64,000 nucleotides of DNA from Actinomycetota bacterium. GTDB taxonomy: Bacteria; Actinomycetota; Acidimicrobiia; Acidimicrobiales; CADCSY01. How positions within the stretch are numbered: position 1 is the first letter of the stretch; each line of letters starts with the position of its first letter. Location: the NCBI GenBank assembly GCA_019348495.1, contig JAHWJI010000002.1, positions 72-64,071 on the forward strand, given 5' to 3'. A program made the position numbers and the translations under genes. The notes beneath the pieces were generated by a model. That model saw nothing but the letters and a program-made list of their open reading frames with translations. It did no database searches and was not told the DNA's origin. Below are positions 63,021 through 64,000 of this stretch, piece after piece.

Positions 63021-64000
63021 TGGCGGTCACCGAGCGAGAGCAACGGGCGTACATCGGCGGCCAGGCCGCCGACGCCCGGGTCAACGTCGAGCTCGAGACC
63101 GACGGCATGACCCTCAACATCGGGCCCCAGCACCCCGCCACCCACGGCACGCTGCGCATCATCACCCGCCTCGACGGCGAGCAGGTGATCTCCGCCGAGC
63201 CGGTGATGGGCTACATGCACCGCGGCTACGAGAAGCTGTGCGAGGTTCGCACCTACCCCCAGATCACCACCCTGATCAACCGCATCGACTGGCTGGGCAG
63301 CTTCGCCAACGAGGTGCCGTTCATCCTCGCCGCCGAGCAGCTCATGGAGGTCGAGGCACCGGCCCGGGCCCAGTGGATCCGCACCGTCTTCTTCGAGCTC
63401 AGCCGCATCGCCAACATCACCCTGTTCCTGGGCGACATGGGCGTGCAGCTGGGCGCCATCACCGCCGTCTTCTACGCCTTCCGGGACCGGGAGCACGTCC
63501 TCAACCAGATCGAGGCCGCCACCGGCGGGCGCTTCCACCCCAACTTCGACCGCATCGGCGGCCTGAAGCAGGACCTGCCCCGGGGGTGGGTGGCCGAGAC
63601 CAAGTCGGTGATGCACAAGGTCAGGGACTTCTGCGACGAGATGGAGACGTTGCTCATGGGCAACGAGATCTTCGAGACCCGCACCCGGGGGATCGGCGTC
63701 ATCCCCCCCGACATGGCACTGGGCTACGGCCTCTCGGGGGCCAACCTGCGGGCCTCAGGGGTCGACTGGGACCTGCGCCGCGACAGCCCCAGCCCCCTGG
63801 CCTGGTCCGAGGCCGACTGGAAGGTGTGGACCCACCCCGACGGCGACAGCTTCGCCCGCTACTGGGTCCGCCTCCAGGAGACGCGCGAGGCCACCCACAT
63901 CGTCGACCAGCTCCTCGACGGCCTGCCGGCGGGGCCGATCATGGCCAAGGTACCCCGCATCATCAAGGTGCCGGCCGGCGAGGCCTGGGTCTCCACCGAG
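63020..64000 (+). CDS. nuoD2: Second-copy NADH-quinone oxidoreductase subunit D (3'-truncated by the window end)
   Basis: My own translation from ATG 63020, which overlaps the nuoC2 TGA: MAVTEREQ...NIGPQHPATHGTLRI...GYMHRGYEKL...GGRFHPNFDRIGG. Not in the ORF track because no stop lies within the window. Confidence 0.85.
   Translation, partial: MAVTEREQRAYIGGQAADARVNVELETDGMTLNIGPQHPATHGTLRIITRLDGEQVISAEPVMGYMHRGYEKLCEVRTYPQITTLINRIDWLGSFANEVPFILAAEQLMEVEAPARAQWIRTVFFELSRIANITLFLGDMGVQLGAITAVFYAFRDREHVLNQIEAATGGRFHPNFDRIGGLKQDLPRGWVAETKSVMHKVRDFCDEMETLLMGNEIFETRTRGIGVIPPDMALGYGLSGANLRASGVDWDLRRDSPSPLAWSEADWKVWTHPDGDSFARYWVRLQETREATHIVDQLLDGLPAGPIMAKVPRIIKVPAGEAWVSTE

Noticed and set aside
1-64000. 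Search for mobile elements, prophage, defence systems (restriction-modification, toxin-antitoxin, CRISPR-Cas, Abi-like), tRNA/rRNA genes and riboswitches.
   Set aside because: No integrase, transposase, recombinase, nuclease or toxin-like ORFs were seen, and no terminal inverted repeats or tRNA-like cloverleaf candidates stood out. Composition looks uniform apart from short AT-richer promoter patches. A covariance-model scan (Rfam, tRNAscan) was not possible here and would be the decisive check.

Overview
High-GC actinobacterial-type chromosomal DNA (roughly 70% GC by eye, not computed). The cytochrome b6-type gene and overall gene content suggest an Acidimicrobiia-like lineage, which is inference only. 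I found no rRNA, tRNA, CRISPR array, transposase, integrase or phage genes, so this is core metabolism rather than an accessory island. About 65 CDS are supportable. (1) 1-14.9 kb holds housekeeping and cell-envelope genes: L,D-transpeptidase, HExxH protease, fumC, an FAD/Rieske oxidoreductase, dienelactone hydrolase, DUF885, a GT2 / glycogen-debranching-type / GT4 trio and an LPXTG Calx-beta protein. (2) 14.9-20.6 kb holds a translationally coupled pair of CooC/MinD-type P-loop ATPases (one with a CxC motif, one with a His/Asp-rich tail), then a DedA protein, a 14-repeat beta-propeller lipoprotein and a DUF169 protein. (3) 20.7-24.9 kb is a sulfite-reduction/siroheme block (HemD-like, sirA, cysH, precorrin-2 dehydrogenase). 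(4) 24.95-37.4 kb runs rex-hemA-hemC-cobA/hemD-hemB-hemL straight into pgi-gnd-zwf-ROK kinase-pgl, mostly through 4-nt start/stop overlaps. (5) 37.4-64 kb is a continuous respiratory locus: a geranylgeranyl-reductase-like gene plus a mono-haem cytochrome c on the minus strand, and then on the plus strand a seven-gene Rieske/cytochrome b6-type cluster. That cluster has split b6 + subunit IV, a conserved haem-ci cysteine, an embedded 2x[4Fe-4S] ferredoxin and a di-haem cytochrome c. It is followed by a complete nuoA-N operon and, 50 nt later, a second nuoA2-B2-C2-D2... operon that runs off the window. The best novelty candidates are the ferredoxin-containing b6-type complex with its shared PEHLL(K/Q)R N-terminal motif, the candidate Rex operators on this cluster and on nuo2, the orphan CooC-type ATPase pair, and the tandem complex I operons with an extended NuoC2. 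All functional calls rest on motifs I recognise in the translations; no database search was run.
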